A stretch of 63,163 bases of DNA, filler included, from Octopus bimaculoides (lineage: Eukaryota), in assembly GCF_001194135.2 (NCBI RefSeq). It is 5 parts of 4 records of this genome, joined end to end, with 100 filler letters (N's around TTAATTAATTAA, not from the genome) between each part and the next. Parts side by side here need not be neighbours in the genome. Positions count along the whole stretch, not along the records: positions 20,779 to 31,350 come from NC_068982.1; positions 31,451 to 56,482 come from NC_069004.1; 3 more parts are not named here. One strand, 5' to 3'. Below are positions 22,739 through 36,273 of this stretch, one piece after another (positions within the stretch are counted from its first letter, which is position 1; each line of letters opens with the position of its first letter). A program made the position numbers and the translations under genes. Under the pieces are notes generated by a model. The model saw nothing but the letters and a program-made list of their open reading frames with translations, was not told the DNA's origin and did not search any database.

Positions 22739-24796
22739 TTTCACTACATTCTTTGCTTTTGATTGACGTAGAGCTAAAGAAAGCCTCAAAGCTTGAGCAT
22801 TGAATTTTTCTTGCACTTATGTCCGTGGAAAACGCTTACACTTTAATCTAAGCAAAAATTTGCTTGTACTAGTTTTATCTCGTGAAGAAAGAGAGTTGCG
22901 AAACGTTGACCATTATAGTAGCGTTTTCTCTTCGTGTTGGTAACGTTTACCATCTAAACACTTCAATGTTTGAAATCACTAGCATCCACGTGCTCTTTAT
23001 CGTATGGCATCAAACAACAATGATAATATATGAAGACAATTTTGAGATCTTTCTTCTACGTCCTTCACTGGGTTTTGAAAACTATGGTTAAATGCAAGGA
23101 AGTTATATTAATGCATGTCAGGTTGTAACTTGATTTCCAGAATAGTTCATAAGTACCTGTGTATAGGTTTAATGTTATGTAGAGAAAATGAAATCAACTA
23201 CTTTAGAGTTGGTTTTAATGTGAACCTGCGCCCAAGGGAAATGTATTTCGTCCTCATTGAGAATATGGAGTGCTTAGCCGTTCACTTTGCTCTATGCTAC
23301 CAAGACGACGTCCCTATATGGGTCAAAGATTGGGAAGGGTAACTTCTTATTAGGCAAATAACAAAAAATCGTACACGGTCACACATTTTCAGCAGGTTCA
23401 ATTGCTTCCATTGCTATGTGGAAAAGGGCTTCCAGATCAGCCCATAAGCCAGAACGAAATCTTGTAAAATAGTAGGGTTTTCCCGCCTTGCTTTGTTTGG
23501 TGCATGCTCACCAACACAATCCGCTGCAACATTGGAATGATCAGCATGGACGAAAGATGTAATATATCGATGACAACAAGATTCAAAATCACTCATTGAG
23601 TGTTTTTTGTTTCTGCTGTATACAACGAAGCACTCTTATGAAATATTGTGTAGTCGGTGTTTTTACGTTTAGTTTCAGCAAACAGTGCACAGCAAGTCTC
23701 ACTTAAAAATACCTTTTAGTACCACGAATGACATTTAACACGTAGAAACCACTTTATCCACCAAAATGAATTACTCTGAATTCTAGAGAAAACGGCATGG
23801 ACAAGAATTACACAATCAGGGCATCTGACAGGTCTAGTGAAAAAGGCAAAAACTTCAATATTATTTAGGAAAAAAATCTATAGCAATCTTCTCATCAGGG
23901 TTTGCTCTGAATTTGTTTGTGGGCGATCTGCACATCATGTTTTTAAGCTGCCACTTAACTTAAGGGACAATGATTTTCCTGTGCGCAGCATTGGTAAAGT
24001 ATCTGCAAACTAGTGTTTACCGAGACAAATAAACCTGAACGCACAAGATGAACGTGAAAGCAATGGTTCAGGCGTACATCTAAGGCTCTCGGCAGCATCT
24101 TAATAACCCTCTTTTCTTCTCCCTTTATATGTTTGTGAACGAGTGTGTCTGTGTGTATATGTGTGTGTGCGCCTGCATACCTGCGTCTGTGATATGACTC
24201 CAAAACATATATTTGCCCCCATTGATTTTTCTGTTTATTTTTCTATTTTTCCGATATATTTTCCTTTTGTATGTGGACTATTCTGTTTGTCAGTGTACTT
24301 CACTATTTCTTCTTTTTTTAAGGCCTGCTTTCACTTTCGCATGGCAGTTCCGCACCCCTCTCTCTCTCTCTCTCTCTCTCATTATTTCTTGAATACTGCC
24401 GTTTGAAACCCTACATACTCACCTCCTTTGATGTGACTAGTTTTCCAAATAGCTTTTCCCGTTTATTCACCCATCTAAATTATTTCACATTTTGATTAAA
24501 TAAGGTGTACATTTAAGAAAGGATTAATCTTTACACGCAATGTAATAAATCTCCGTTTCTTATTTACTTTTTTTATTCATCCACTTGTAATTTCTGCTTC
24601 TAGGTGCAGATCGATTAGATTACATTTTGCTTTTTACAGTCATCCACCTCGCATTCTCTTCCTTATACACCTAAGGCAATCTGTCAACAACGATCTATTA
24701 TTAATCATTAGCGTTTCTATTCCACGTCAATTTCTTTTTGCTTCATCCAGAATTAAATATCTACCTGCCCTCTATTTCTGTTCCTGTACACACACA

Positions 24797-24861
<65 letters not shown>

Positions 24862-26650
24862 NNNNNNNNNNNNNNNNNNNNNNNNNNNNNNNNNNNNNNN
24901 NNNNNNNNNNNNNNNNNNNNNNNNNNNNNNNNNNNNNNNNNNNNNNNNNNNNNNNNNNNNNNNNNNNNNNNNNNNNNNNNNNNNNNNNNNNNNNNNNNNN
25001 NNNNNNNNNNNTATATATATACATACACGAATACATACATATATATACATTTGGGTTGTCAATAACCGATGTATCAACGTCCTATGTTATCTACTTTTGT
25101 ATTTTCCACTGTTTTCTATTTCAAACTGCATGCCATTAATGTATTTCTATTCCGTAATTCCGGTGTTAATACCATGTTCCTTAAATTGTTCTTGAACAAG
25201 AAACGTTCACTGCGGAGCAGCTTCAGTTTTGCTCGCAAGGAATTTTCATTTTACAGTAGCCGCCATGCTATAATCGCATCTATCTTCAGTAACCAGTACA
25301 TCACCTACATTGCACAGCAAAATATAATTGGGCAAGATGATATTCTTCCAGTTCCATTGAGCATATTTTTCTAAATGGAAATTATAATTAAAATAAGTGG
25401 CTGAAAGTATAGCTGTGTCAGTTCACCTGACCGTATAACTTACTTCACAACTCAGTCGTGTCTGTGTGAACATATATTGTCGTTTTATGGTCGATAACCT
25501 TCCGAGGTCATACTAATTTATACAATTGTATTGTTTCTTCCATAGTAAAAAGGAACGGGAACTATTTTTATCTTTAATCACATTAATATAATTTGTTTTC
25601 TGTGAACAAGTCAGGAAAATAATAAATTGCCGGATTAACTGCGTATTTAGTTACTTACTCATCTTAAATGTCGTATCTGTTGATTTAGTTATTCCTTCCA
25701 TGAATGCAAACAAAATAAATATTGGTAATAGAGATTGGAGTAGGAATAAGATAACACTGAATTATGAGCAAATATAGTTACCAGTGATAGGAATTCTGGT
25801 TTAGGATCTTTTTCGAGGTTGTAATATAAAAACAAATGCGACAGTTTGTAAACTTCTTCTCATAAAATATCGACGAATTAGGATGTAATAATAAATGCCT
25901 ATGCAGATGATCGACTGCATTGATCAGCAGTCAAGGAGACGAGAGAAGCGTGTAATAGGAGTGATGTTATGACTGACGTTTGCTGCTTTCCTTTCTAATG
26001 GATCATTCCATCTCGTTTTGAATAGGTACAACTGAGTAGAGATAAATCTCATACAAACAAATCACTCATTTGCTTCTACTCCGTAATAAAATCACTCTAA
26101 ACTTGACAAAGGGTCTGGTACTCTACAATATATTCTTCTCAGTATCCAGGATTTGAAAACGGGTTCTCTTGTGGATTTTCTAGTAAAGTTACAAATATAA
26201 CTATGCTATAGTAAGAAAAAGTATATAGAAAAAGTTAAATTAGAAGTTTATTTAAATATAATTTACATTTTCCCCACGCTTGCCTATTGCAATTAATAAA
26301 AGCTCAGACATTAGAGTAATGGGGTGATCAGATCAATCTTTGTCAGCGGCGATAGCGGCTTTCTTTTGTTTAAAATCGTTGACACAAGTGGCTTTAATTT
26401 AAACTATATATATACGATCAAAGACAATATCCAATATGAAAGGCGTAAGACAAAAGGATGAGAGCATTTATGAAGAGATCATTATGTGCATTTGTAAATT
26501 AGGTGGTAATTATAATTTCCAATAACTATTTAGAAAGATCTAAGAAAAATGCATTAAACACTTTAAAAAGACAAAGCATTATCTGAACTAATTTTATGAA
26601 TAAATAATGGAATATTTTCTTTTGATGCCAAAACGCGCATTACATACATG

Positions 26651-26698
<48 letters not shown>

Positions 26699-26751
26699 TA
26701 TATACATATATGTTTGTACGTATATATGTATATATATATATAGATATGTAC

Positions 26752-26815
<64 letters not shown>

Positions 26816-27229
26816 TGTATGTTTGTGTGTATTTGTGTGTGTGTATGTATGTGTGTATATATGTATGTATATTTTAATTATCATAATTGAATAAATTAGA
26901 GATAATTTCATCAGTCGGAAGATATCAAGATATGAAACCGACTGTAGCGCTGTGTTTATTCGTTAAAGAATTACGCCTCAACTAATACGAAAATTCAACA
27001 TAAGTTATGAAGAATAAGTAAAAGAAAGATAAGAGTGGTTGGGTGAAGCTGTAATAATCTAAAATAAAGAAGAGGAAACGAATAACAATGACAAATGAAA
27101 ATAAGAAATATGAATTAAAAAAAGAAGTTAACACCTATATANNNNNNNNNNNNNNNNNNNNNNNNNNNNNNNNNNNNNNNNNNNNNNNNNNNNNNNNNNN
27201 NNNNNNNNNNNNNNNNNNNNNNNNNNNNN

Positions 27230-27281
<52 letters not shown>

Positions 27282-29847
27282 AGAAATACATACATATATA
27301 CATTCACACAAATTCGCGTAACTCGTATATGAATACTCATACATTGATATAGAAATAAAAGATTAAATGAATGAAGATTTTTTGAAAAAAAATAAAGTAA
27401 AAATTAGGCATAAATGAGCTGAACTGGAAAAAGAAATCATAAACTGGAGGGGTATGAAAAGGAATGAAGTACCAAATGGTTAGAAATATTAGGATTATCA
27501 TATTGCAGGTTTGGTGGATCATAAGTTCATTGGAGAGAAAATATATCCGCAGAGATTTTTCCGACTTCATTGACCTTTTCATAAACAATGATAATATGAA
27601 CATACCATCGCCTATGAACTTAAAGCTAATTCATCAAGTTCAATTCTGGTGCATTGAAATACCATCGTGGATGTCACCAGAAGATGGATAGCTTCCGCCA
27701 GTCTAACTAAAGCTAAACGTTCCACCTGCATACATTTGCATGCAGATGGGACGTTTGACCACACAAATCCAACAAGGTGTAGAGCTGTGTAAGATTCAAA
27801 GACATAGCAATAAACAATTCACTATTTACATGACTCTCATATGACTCTGTTAATTTCGAACAGAAAGAATTCGAAGTATTCAAAATATTTATGGTGCTGA
27901 CTTTTAATGGTTTGTTATATTAGGATTTCATGCAAGTACTATAGATTATTTTCCCGCGACGAAGACGTCTCTAGAATGCTATAAACTAAGAAACCGAAAC
28001 ACATTTCCTGTTCGTTAATGGGCATTTTATTGCATGTTAGTTGATATCCTTAAAATAAAATCATTATATGGTGACGTCAGCAGATGACATATAAATGAGA
28101 AGGATTAATATACATAATTTTATTGGGATTTATACCACCACAAGATATTCATTTATAGTATGTGTGTATGTTTTTGTGGCAACTATGTGTTTAACCATCA
28201 GGATTATGCAGTATCAACAACAGTGTATGAAACATCTAAACTTCAGCGAGCCTTCCCAAATCATATCGAACAACCATCTCAGATTATATTATGTTGAGGA
28301 ATCTAAGCTGTATTAATATAATTATCCGATAACTATATTATTCTGATAATACGATTAGTACGTTATTGCCAGGGTAAATGTTTATGATCATATCAATTTC
28401 AGATCGATTTTACATTGGTAATAAATACTCAATCCTTTGTTGCAATACAAACAATACGTCAGCGCGTAGGAAAAATGTTTTGCTCTATTTGTTCCAAATG
28501 ATTAAGACCCGCTAAGGGCAACTTAGCCTTTCGCCCATTCGGGTTCAATATAATGAGTATAGATAAGTGGCGGGGTCAATGGTACAGACACACACACTCG
28601 ATTCAAAATTCCTGGTTTTGTGTGTAAATCATAATTCATTTTGTATTGAGTATACGTTGATGTTATCGATTGCAGCCGTTATTCCGTTGCAAATTTAACA
28701 TGTTATATACAAATGTATATTTGATTTCAACAGTTGTTAATTTTTTTTATTTAACATTCGTTAAATAAAGATGATTGATTCAATGATCATTCTATACACC
28801 CATTCTGAAAAGTATCGTTAACACAGTGATATCATAAATGTAAATCAAGTATATTAACATTTTAGAAATTTCAAGAACTTTATTGGGCCGTTAGTAGCCA
28901 TCAATAATCAACTGCAAAATGCTCTATTATATATATCCTGAAACCAACAGTGAACGAATTTTTTCCTCTAAAACAGTCAGTTATATGAAGCAGTATAAAA
29001 TAATTTTAACTACATTTTCAGCAAATCAAATGAATTATAGAAAGAAAATGTCTATTAAAACTTACTGAAGTACACATACATAAAAATTATTTAGTATAAG
29101 TTTTAAATTTCCAAAAGATTTTGATGCTATGACTAGAAACCTTACAATTTGAGAAACGCTAGCAACTTGGTACTAAAATTTTAGGCAGATTTGTTACAAA
29201 ATTCTACATCGCTCTCCTCTTGCCATGTAAACAGATTCCCATGGGTAAAACCTTTAGATTATCTATGCTTAGTAATCTATGCCCACAAAATTGATCATGC
29301 ATCAATGCATGTCCTCATAATTGTAAATAAGAATTGATGATTATAAACCGTATGTATACCAGATATTACAATATGCACACCAACCATATATGAGAGGTGA
29401 CTAAACAGTTTCAATTGTTCCAATTGGCCGTTTGATGAGCATAAATGAAACCGAATCTGGCACCTCTATTACCCTATTATTCATGAATGTAGTTTAAACG
29501 TGAGCTCGTATTATCGAACTAAATGTCACAGCCTAGTGCAAGGGAGGACGTGTAAAACGCACGAAGGGAAACGGTTTAAATTAAACATGTCTTTATTACA
29601 GCACAACTGAGACTTGTTCTTCATGCAGCAATTATCAAAGCATTTGCATTTCCAATCTGATAATAGCACTGTGGAAAGTAACTTGGAACTGTTTATATTA
29701 ATTTGTACAAAAGCTTAAAGTTAAGCTTACCTCAGTATCTCTTGGTGTGTCTAGAATACTAATGAAATATAAAAAGTAAAATGTATAGCGATGATAATAG
29801 CATAGAGTAGAAAGTAACATGAGATTGTTCATATTAATACGTACATC

Positions 29848-30070
29848 AAGGCGGCGAGCTGGCAGAATCGTTAGCACGCCGGGCGAAATGCTTAGCGGTA
29901 TTTCGTCTGTCTTTATGTTCTGAGTTCAAATTTCGCCGATGTCGATCTTTGCCTTTTATCCTTTCGGGGTCGATAAATTAAGTACCAGTTCCGTACTGGG
30001 GTAGATCTAATCGACTGACCCACTCCGCCCCCCAAATGTTGGTCCGTGTGCCTAGAATCGAAACGAATAT
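29848..30070 (+). mobile_element. Family B SINE with ~16-bp TSD
   Basis: CpG-intact copy; atattaatacgtacat / atattaatacctacat flanks. Confidence 0.9.
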
Positions 30071-30623
30071 TAATACCTACATAAATTTAAAATTAAGTTC
30101 ACCCATCTCTGTCTTTATGTTAAATTAATGAACCATAAAGAGTACAAAGATTTTCTCCAAGTGAAATGATTTCATCATAGATCTTGCCTACTTCTCATTT
30201 TGTTAAATTATTTTGTGATAAAAATTAGAAATGAGTATCTATAGATTTATGTTTTTCTACGTACATTATAGATTCAAATATTCAAAGGCTGGAATGTAAT
30301 CAACGGCTTCGATGTTGGTTGCATTTATTCGTAGCTATTTTACACATTTTGTACTCTTAATTATACATAACCTATTTCATTTACAACTAATATCGTTACT
30401 TCTGCTGGGATATGTGGGAGACTTAGATCTTAAATATTTCTACGGATCTTTCTCGACCAATCGCAGTCCATCTAACGGTAATAGTATCCGATCTCACTTC
30501 CTCCAACTGATTTCTCATTCAAATTTTCAACGGCTGGAAATAAGCATCAGGCTTTGAAACTTTATGTCCCATGGATTTTGACACATCCATCCATCCATCC
30601 ATCCATACATACATACACAAATG

Positions 30624-30672
<49 letters not shown>

Positions 30673-30898
30673 AAATGCTCACACACTCACACACACACAC
30701 ACACACACATATATTTATATATATATATATACCACAAGACCCTTTTGAATCAACAGCACATGGAATTTATGTCCCCTCACTATCCACTATCGGAATCTAC
30801 ATACCATGGACAAGAAGCCTCTCTACTTATTCAATACTAACTTTCTCTTTAAAATGTGTAGAAAGAAACTTGAGACTGTTCATATTAACACCTACATC

Positions 30899-31030
30899 AA
30901 GGCGGGGAGCTGGCAGAGTGGTTAGCACGCCGGGCGAAATGCTTAGCGGTATTTCGTCTGTTGTTACGTTCTGAGTTCAAATTCCTCTGAGGTCGACTTT
31001 GCCTTTTACTCTTTTAGGGTCGATAAATTC
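30899..31030 (+). mobile_element. Family B SINE 5' half
   Basis: shares ~40 nt upstream flank with the 29848 copy. Confidence 0.85.
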
Positions 31031-31067
31031 CACACAGCCTTGGCTTTGCTGTCTCGTTTTATTTAAG

Positions 31068-31330
31068 ACTGGCAGAAATACCCGGCTTTGCCCGGGTTAA
31101 AGAGAATAATGAAATCTAAAAACGCCGTCTAGACTACGCAACCCTCAACTGTTAGTAGCTACGATACCATATTTCTACATTAATAACTATCCAATCCATG
31201 CCAGCATGGAACATAGACATTAAGTGGAATGCCAGTCTCTCATCTAGGAGGGCCTTGAAATCAATGTTACCAACTGGGGACTATGTGTGTCGTAGTGATA
31301 ATAAAAAGACCCAAAGGAGGTCTGCAACGA
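31068..31330 (+). mobile_element. Possible non-autonomous Helitron-type end
   Basis: actggcagaaatacccggctttgcccggg hairpin resembles Helitron-associated termini. Confidence 0.4.
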
Positions 31331-31450
31331 AATAATTTTACTTAACACTTNNNNNNNNNNNNNNNNNNNNNNNNNNNNNNNNNNNNNNNNNNNNTTAATT
31401 AATTAANNNNNNNNNNNNNNNNNNNNNNNNNNNNNNNNNNNNNNNNNNNN

Positions 31451-31486
<36 letters not shown>

Positions 31487-31619
31487 CATACATACATACA
31501 TACATACATACATACATACATACATACCCCCCCATATATATATATATATATATAAATATGGTATTTTTATATAAGCTTAAAGTTTATGTCAATCATCGTG
31601 CAATGACTAAGGGGCATAT

Positions 31620-31870
31620 GTGCGCTGTATTTTCCTAAAGTATGCTTTCACCAGCTTAATATTGGATGAACTTGGTCGACCATATCGTGAGAAATCTGCG
31701 ACAGAAATTGATAGTTCTCGTGCGAAACTGGACAAAATTTCGTTGACATGTCTGGACACTCAACATTTTAATTTTTCTAACGGGAACGAATATTTCTTGT
31801 CGTTTCCATCGCCGAAAAACCTGTTTTGAATTCATACTGTATGCAGCGTTTCATACGGGTTTGATTTCAA
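31620..31870 (-). mobile_element. Degenerate mariner transposase HTH remnant
   Basis: translation YEFKTGFSAMETTRNI...SVQTCQRNF..FR...RYGRP with stops/frameshifts. Confidence 0.55.
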
Positions 31871-32170
31871 CTCACTTTAAAAGGTTAAAATCGATGCGAA
31901 TTTAATCACTAAAATATAAAAGTAATCCGCAAAGAAGGAAGAAAAAATCCATTTAAATGTAAAATTATAGCTTATTTTACTGTAGGTATTGGAAAAAGCA
32001 TCCTCAAAGCAATTACGTCAAAAATGCAGCAAAACTTTCTTTCCAGTTTAATATAAAAACAGATGCACACATACAATATACATACATACATGCTTGTATG
32101 CATATATACACACACATATCCATGTATGTATGTATGTATGTATGTATGTATGTATGTATGTATGTACGTA

Positions 32171-32736
32171 CAGGGTGGTCCAAAAGTAGGTTTACAGTTA
32201 TTCAACTATCTCTTTCGCATTCATATTTTAACAGTTTAGATCTTAATTATAAAAAAAAATATGAAACCATTATTCAGCAAGATACAGCACCTCCATATTA
32301 TGCGTTGACAGTAAGAGACTACACTAACCAAGCCTTTCCGCAGTGTTGGTTTGGAAGACGGAGCAGCATCGAATGGCCATCATGTTCACCTGACCGGACA
32401 TCAATGGATTTCTTTTTTAGGGGTGTTGTAAAGAACAAGGTTTATGAGAAGAATCCCAAAACAGTGAATGAATTAAAAGATTACATTTCTGACGCATTCA
32501 CTGAAACTGATGCAGATCGGAATTTGTGCCGCACTGTGTGTCAGAGTTTTCTGAAGGGCTTTGACGAATGATGCAATGATGACGGAGGACATTTTGAGCG
32601 TCTGAGAGATTAAACATTGTCTGTTTAAGATGTGCATAAACAATGTGATTGCAAGATAGAAATTTAAACGTGATAGAATGTCTTAAAAGAAATTAAAAGT
32701 GACCACGTGATAACTGTAAACGTACTTTTGGACCAC
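32171..32736 (+). mobile_element. Internally deleted Tc1/mariner element
   Basis: TIR cagggtggtccaaaagtaggtttacagtta / taactgtaaacgtacttttggaccac; QQDTAPP...WPSCSPDRTSMDFFFRGVVKNKVYEKNPKTVNELK. Confidence 0.85.
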
Positions 32737-32905
32737 ATTACTTGTTTCTGACTGTTTACTTGTATTTCACTGCGGCAATGCTGGAGCACTGCCTTTAGTC
32801 GCACAAATCGATCCCAGGAGTTATACTTTGTAAGCCTAGTACATATTAAATCGGTCTGTTTTGCCGAATCGCTAAGATACAGGGAGTCAAACACACCAAC
32901 ATCAC
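32737..32905 (-). mobile_element. Family C SINE 3' part
   Basis: atgctggagcactgcctttagtcgcacaaatcgatcccagg... Confidence 0.8.
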
Positions 32906-32942
<37 letters not shown>

Positions 32943-32980
32943 GTATATATATATATATATATGCAGATAGATAGATAGAT

Positions 32981-34052
32981 ACATTTCCTTTATTAGCCAC
33001 ACAGGGCTCAACGAAGATGGGACAAATACAATGTAAAGCTTTTCTTTTTGGGAGGGGGAAGAANNNNNNNNNNNNNNNNNNNNNNNNNNNNNNNNNNNNN
33101 NNNNNNNNNNNNNNNNNNNNNNNNNNNNNNNNNNNNNNNNNNNNNNNNNNNNNNNNNNNNNNNNNNNNNNNNNNNNNNNNNNNNNNNNNNNNNNNNNNNN
33201 NNNNNNNNNNNNNNNNNNNNNNNNNNNNNNNNNNNNNNNNNNNNNNNNNNNNNNNNNNNNNNNNNNNNNNNNNNNNNNNNNNNNNNNNNNNNNNNNNNNN
33301 NNNNNNNNNNNNNNNNNNNNNNNNNNNNNNNNNNNNNNNNNNNNNNNNNNNNNNNNNNNNNNNNNNNNNNNNNNNNNNNNNNNNNNNNNNNNNNNNNNNN
33401 NNNNNNNNNNNNNNNNNNNNNNNNNNNNNNNNNNNNNNNNNNNNNNNNNNNNNNNNNNNNNNNNNNNNNNNNNNNNNNNNNNNNNNNNNNNNNNNNNNNN
33501 NNNNNNNNNNNNNNNNNNNNNNNNNNNNNNNNNNNNNNNNNNNNNNNNNNNNNNNNNNNNNNNNNNNNNNNNNNNNNNNNNNNNNNNNNNNNNNNNNNNN
33601 NNNNNNNNNNNNNNNNNNNNNNNNNNNNNNNNNNNNNNNNNNNNNNNNNNNNNNNNNNNNNNNNNNNNNNNNNNNNNNNNNNNNNNNNNNNNNNNNNNNN
33701 NNNNNNNNNNNNNNNNNNNNNNNNNNNNNNNNNNNNNNNNNNNNNNNNNNNNNNNNNNNNNNNNNNNNNNNNAATGGTGGGACACTGTACGAGTGCGTGC
33801 AGAACGGTTTCGTCGCTCTGCCGGCATCTCGGACAGGTCGGCCCCGTGTTTCTCGAGCCATGCCTGTAGAGCTTATCCCGAACGGGTAGTGCTTCTCGAT
33901 AGCACTGCCAGGCCAGGGATCTCTGGAAGTTGTCCATAGGTCCTGGTCCGAAGGTCGTCTTAAACAGGCGGGTCAGGTATTCCTCGTCGACGCCCAGGTT
34001 CGCCCCGAGATCGTCGTCGTACCTTCCCTCCACTAATCCACTATAGAATGCG
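32981..34052 (-). mobile_element. 5'-truncated Tx1/L1-clade LINE (ORF2 C-terminus + 3'UTR, interrupted by N gap)
   Basis: LAWQCYREALPVRDKL...CPRCRQSDETVLHALVQCP (zf-RVT/CCHC); aataaa near 3' end; 15-bp TSD agatagatagataga at 32965-32979 and 34086-34100. Confidence 0.85.
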
Positions 34053-34087
34053 TTAGGGTTAGGGTTAGGGTTAGGGTTAGGGTTTAG
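34053..34087 (+). repeat. Interstitial telomeric repeat (TTAGGG)5 TTTAG
   Basis: direct reading, at the LINE 5' junction. Confidence 0.95.
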
Positions 34088-34910
34088 ATAGATAGATAGA
34101 ACATATGCATATACATGCATACAAATTGAATACAACATGGCTGACAGTTAAATAAAACTTGATAGCATGAAGATGCGAAAAGGCAACGTTTTACATTTGA
34201 GAAACCGTTTCCACTGTAACATAAGAATATGCTAATTATTTGTTCGAATCGGCATGAAGAATAGTTTGTCTGGCCATCGAAATTACACTTGATGCCATCG
34301 AATAGCTGAAAGCTATAAGCAATATTATGCTTGATTAATAGTTTCAATTAAACTGACTTTTAGAATTCCAGTTTATATTCTAGATTAAAAGACTAGTCAC
34401 TTTCAAACTTCCTCTCTCTTTCTCTAAATGTCTGTGTGTGTGTCGTCTGTCTTTTTGTACGTTTTTCAATTTGTCTGTGCTTATTAATGTGTCTGTTTGT
34501 CTGCCGCTATTTATCTATCTATCTATATACGTGTGCATGCGTTTATGTGTAGTCACAGGTATAATTGTGTATGTATGTATGGGTGGATTTATGTATAGCG
34601 ACGTGAAGGTTTTATCTTTTTCTAATTTTATCCCTCTCATTTATATACTGTCTTTGTACCCCCGACCTGAGGCAAAAATACGTAACATCACACTCACACA
34701 CACGTTAGCAATGGGCTAAGGCATACACACATACATATATGCATATATATATATATATATGCATATATATATATATATATATATATGCATATATGTATAT
34801 ATANNNNNNNNNNNNNNNNNNNNNNNNNNNNNNNNNNNNNNNNNNNNNNNNNNNNNNNNNNNNNNNNNNNNNNNNNNNNNNNNNNNNNNNNNNNNNNNTA
34901 TATATATATA

Positions 34911-34977
34911 TATCAGCCGAAACGTTGTGTTAACAACAGACAAGATGAGGACAAAATCCGTCAAAATGTAAATAATG

Positions 34978-34978
<1 letters not shown>
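34911..34978 (+). mobile_element. 3' fragment of the hammerhead-bearing repeat seen at 22236-22430
   Basis: atcagccgaaacgttgtgttaacaacagacaagatgaggac. Confidence 0.7.
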
Positions 34979-35064
<86 letters not shown>

Positions 35065-36202
35065 ATGTCTGTCTGTTTGGCTGTCTGGCTGGCTGGTTGG
35101 CTATCTGTCTATCTATCTGTTAGTCTTTCTTTGTATCCGTTCTCTTTCCACTGTTCACTCCTCTCTGTAAGTCTCGGTCTTTCTCTTCTTCGTCTTCTCT
35201 CTGGCCTATTTATCCCTCGAACTTTATTTCTTAGAAACCACCCACCTCAATATCTTATTTCACTTCTTACACAGTCTTACTATCTAATGCCAAAATTCTT
35301 TCCAATTTCTAATTCCTCAAAAACGAACGAAGACCCCCCCCCCCCCACTAAACATCGTTTCATTATCGTACGGAAAACTGCTTTCTCCACCCACAATCAC
35401 ACATACCACCAACGACCTAACCAAACAGGTATAAAAGCCTAAATTCAGTGTAGAATGTTAGTCTATGTTACTTCCATATATTAAACAACATACGCTTTAC
35501 TTGATAACCACTCTTTATAAATTCCCTCACCTCTATATTTCTCATCCTATCTCTCTCTCCCTTTCATTTCATTTCATTTCTTCCCTATCTCTCTAACTTT
35601 ATCTTCAAGCAATCCATCATTCCGTCATGTGCTTAAATACTTGCGGACAGGAAGTAACGCGATATCCTGAATTTCAACCAAAATGTCTTCCTTTTAATTG
35701 ACTCATCTGCTATCAACATGCACGTCTTCCGGATATTGATTTTTAGACCAATTCCTTTTTCCTGTGTCTTCGAGTCTGTCTATCAGAATTTCGTAGATTA
35801 GCATCGCCTTAGCTCATTACGACCGCAACATTTACATAGACAGGAACAAAAGTATGCATATTTATTCACATGAAGAAGATAAGGAGTACCTTATACAAGA
35901 AATGGCCAAAATTCTTATACAAACAGGCAAGCATATATATATATATATATATATANNNNNNNNNNNNNNNNNNNNNNNNNNNNNNNNNNNNNNNNNNNNN
36001 NNNNNNNNNNNNNNNNNNNNNNNNNNNNNNNNNNNNNNNNNNNNNNNNNNNNNNNNNNNNNNNNNNNNNNNNNNNNNNNNNNNNNNNNNNNNNNNNNNNN
36101 NNNNNNNNNNNNNNNNNNNNNNNNNNNNNNNNNNNNNNNNNNNNNNNNNNNNNNNNNNNNNNNNNNNNNNNNNNNNNNNNNNNNNNNNNNNNNNNNNNNN
36201 NN

Positions 36203-36273
<71 letters not shown>

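Noticed and set aside
23115-23600. Protein-like short ORFs upstream of the gene
   Set aside because: Interrupted by stops with no recognisable motif or splice chain; possibly decayed TE.
26905-26950. Hammerhead-like cggaaga...gaaaccg
   Set aside because: Core mismatch and no NUH/stem III.
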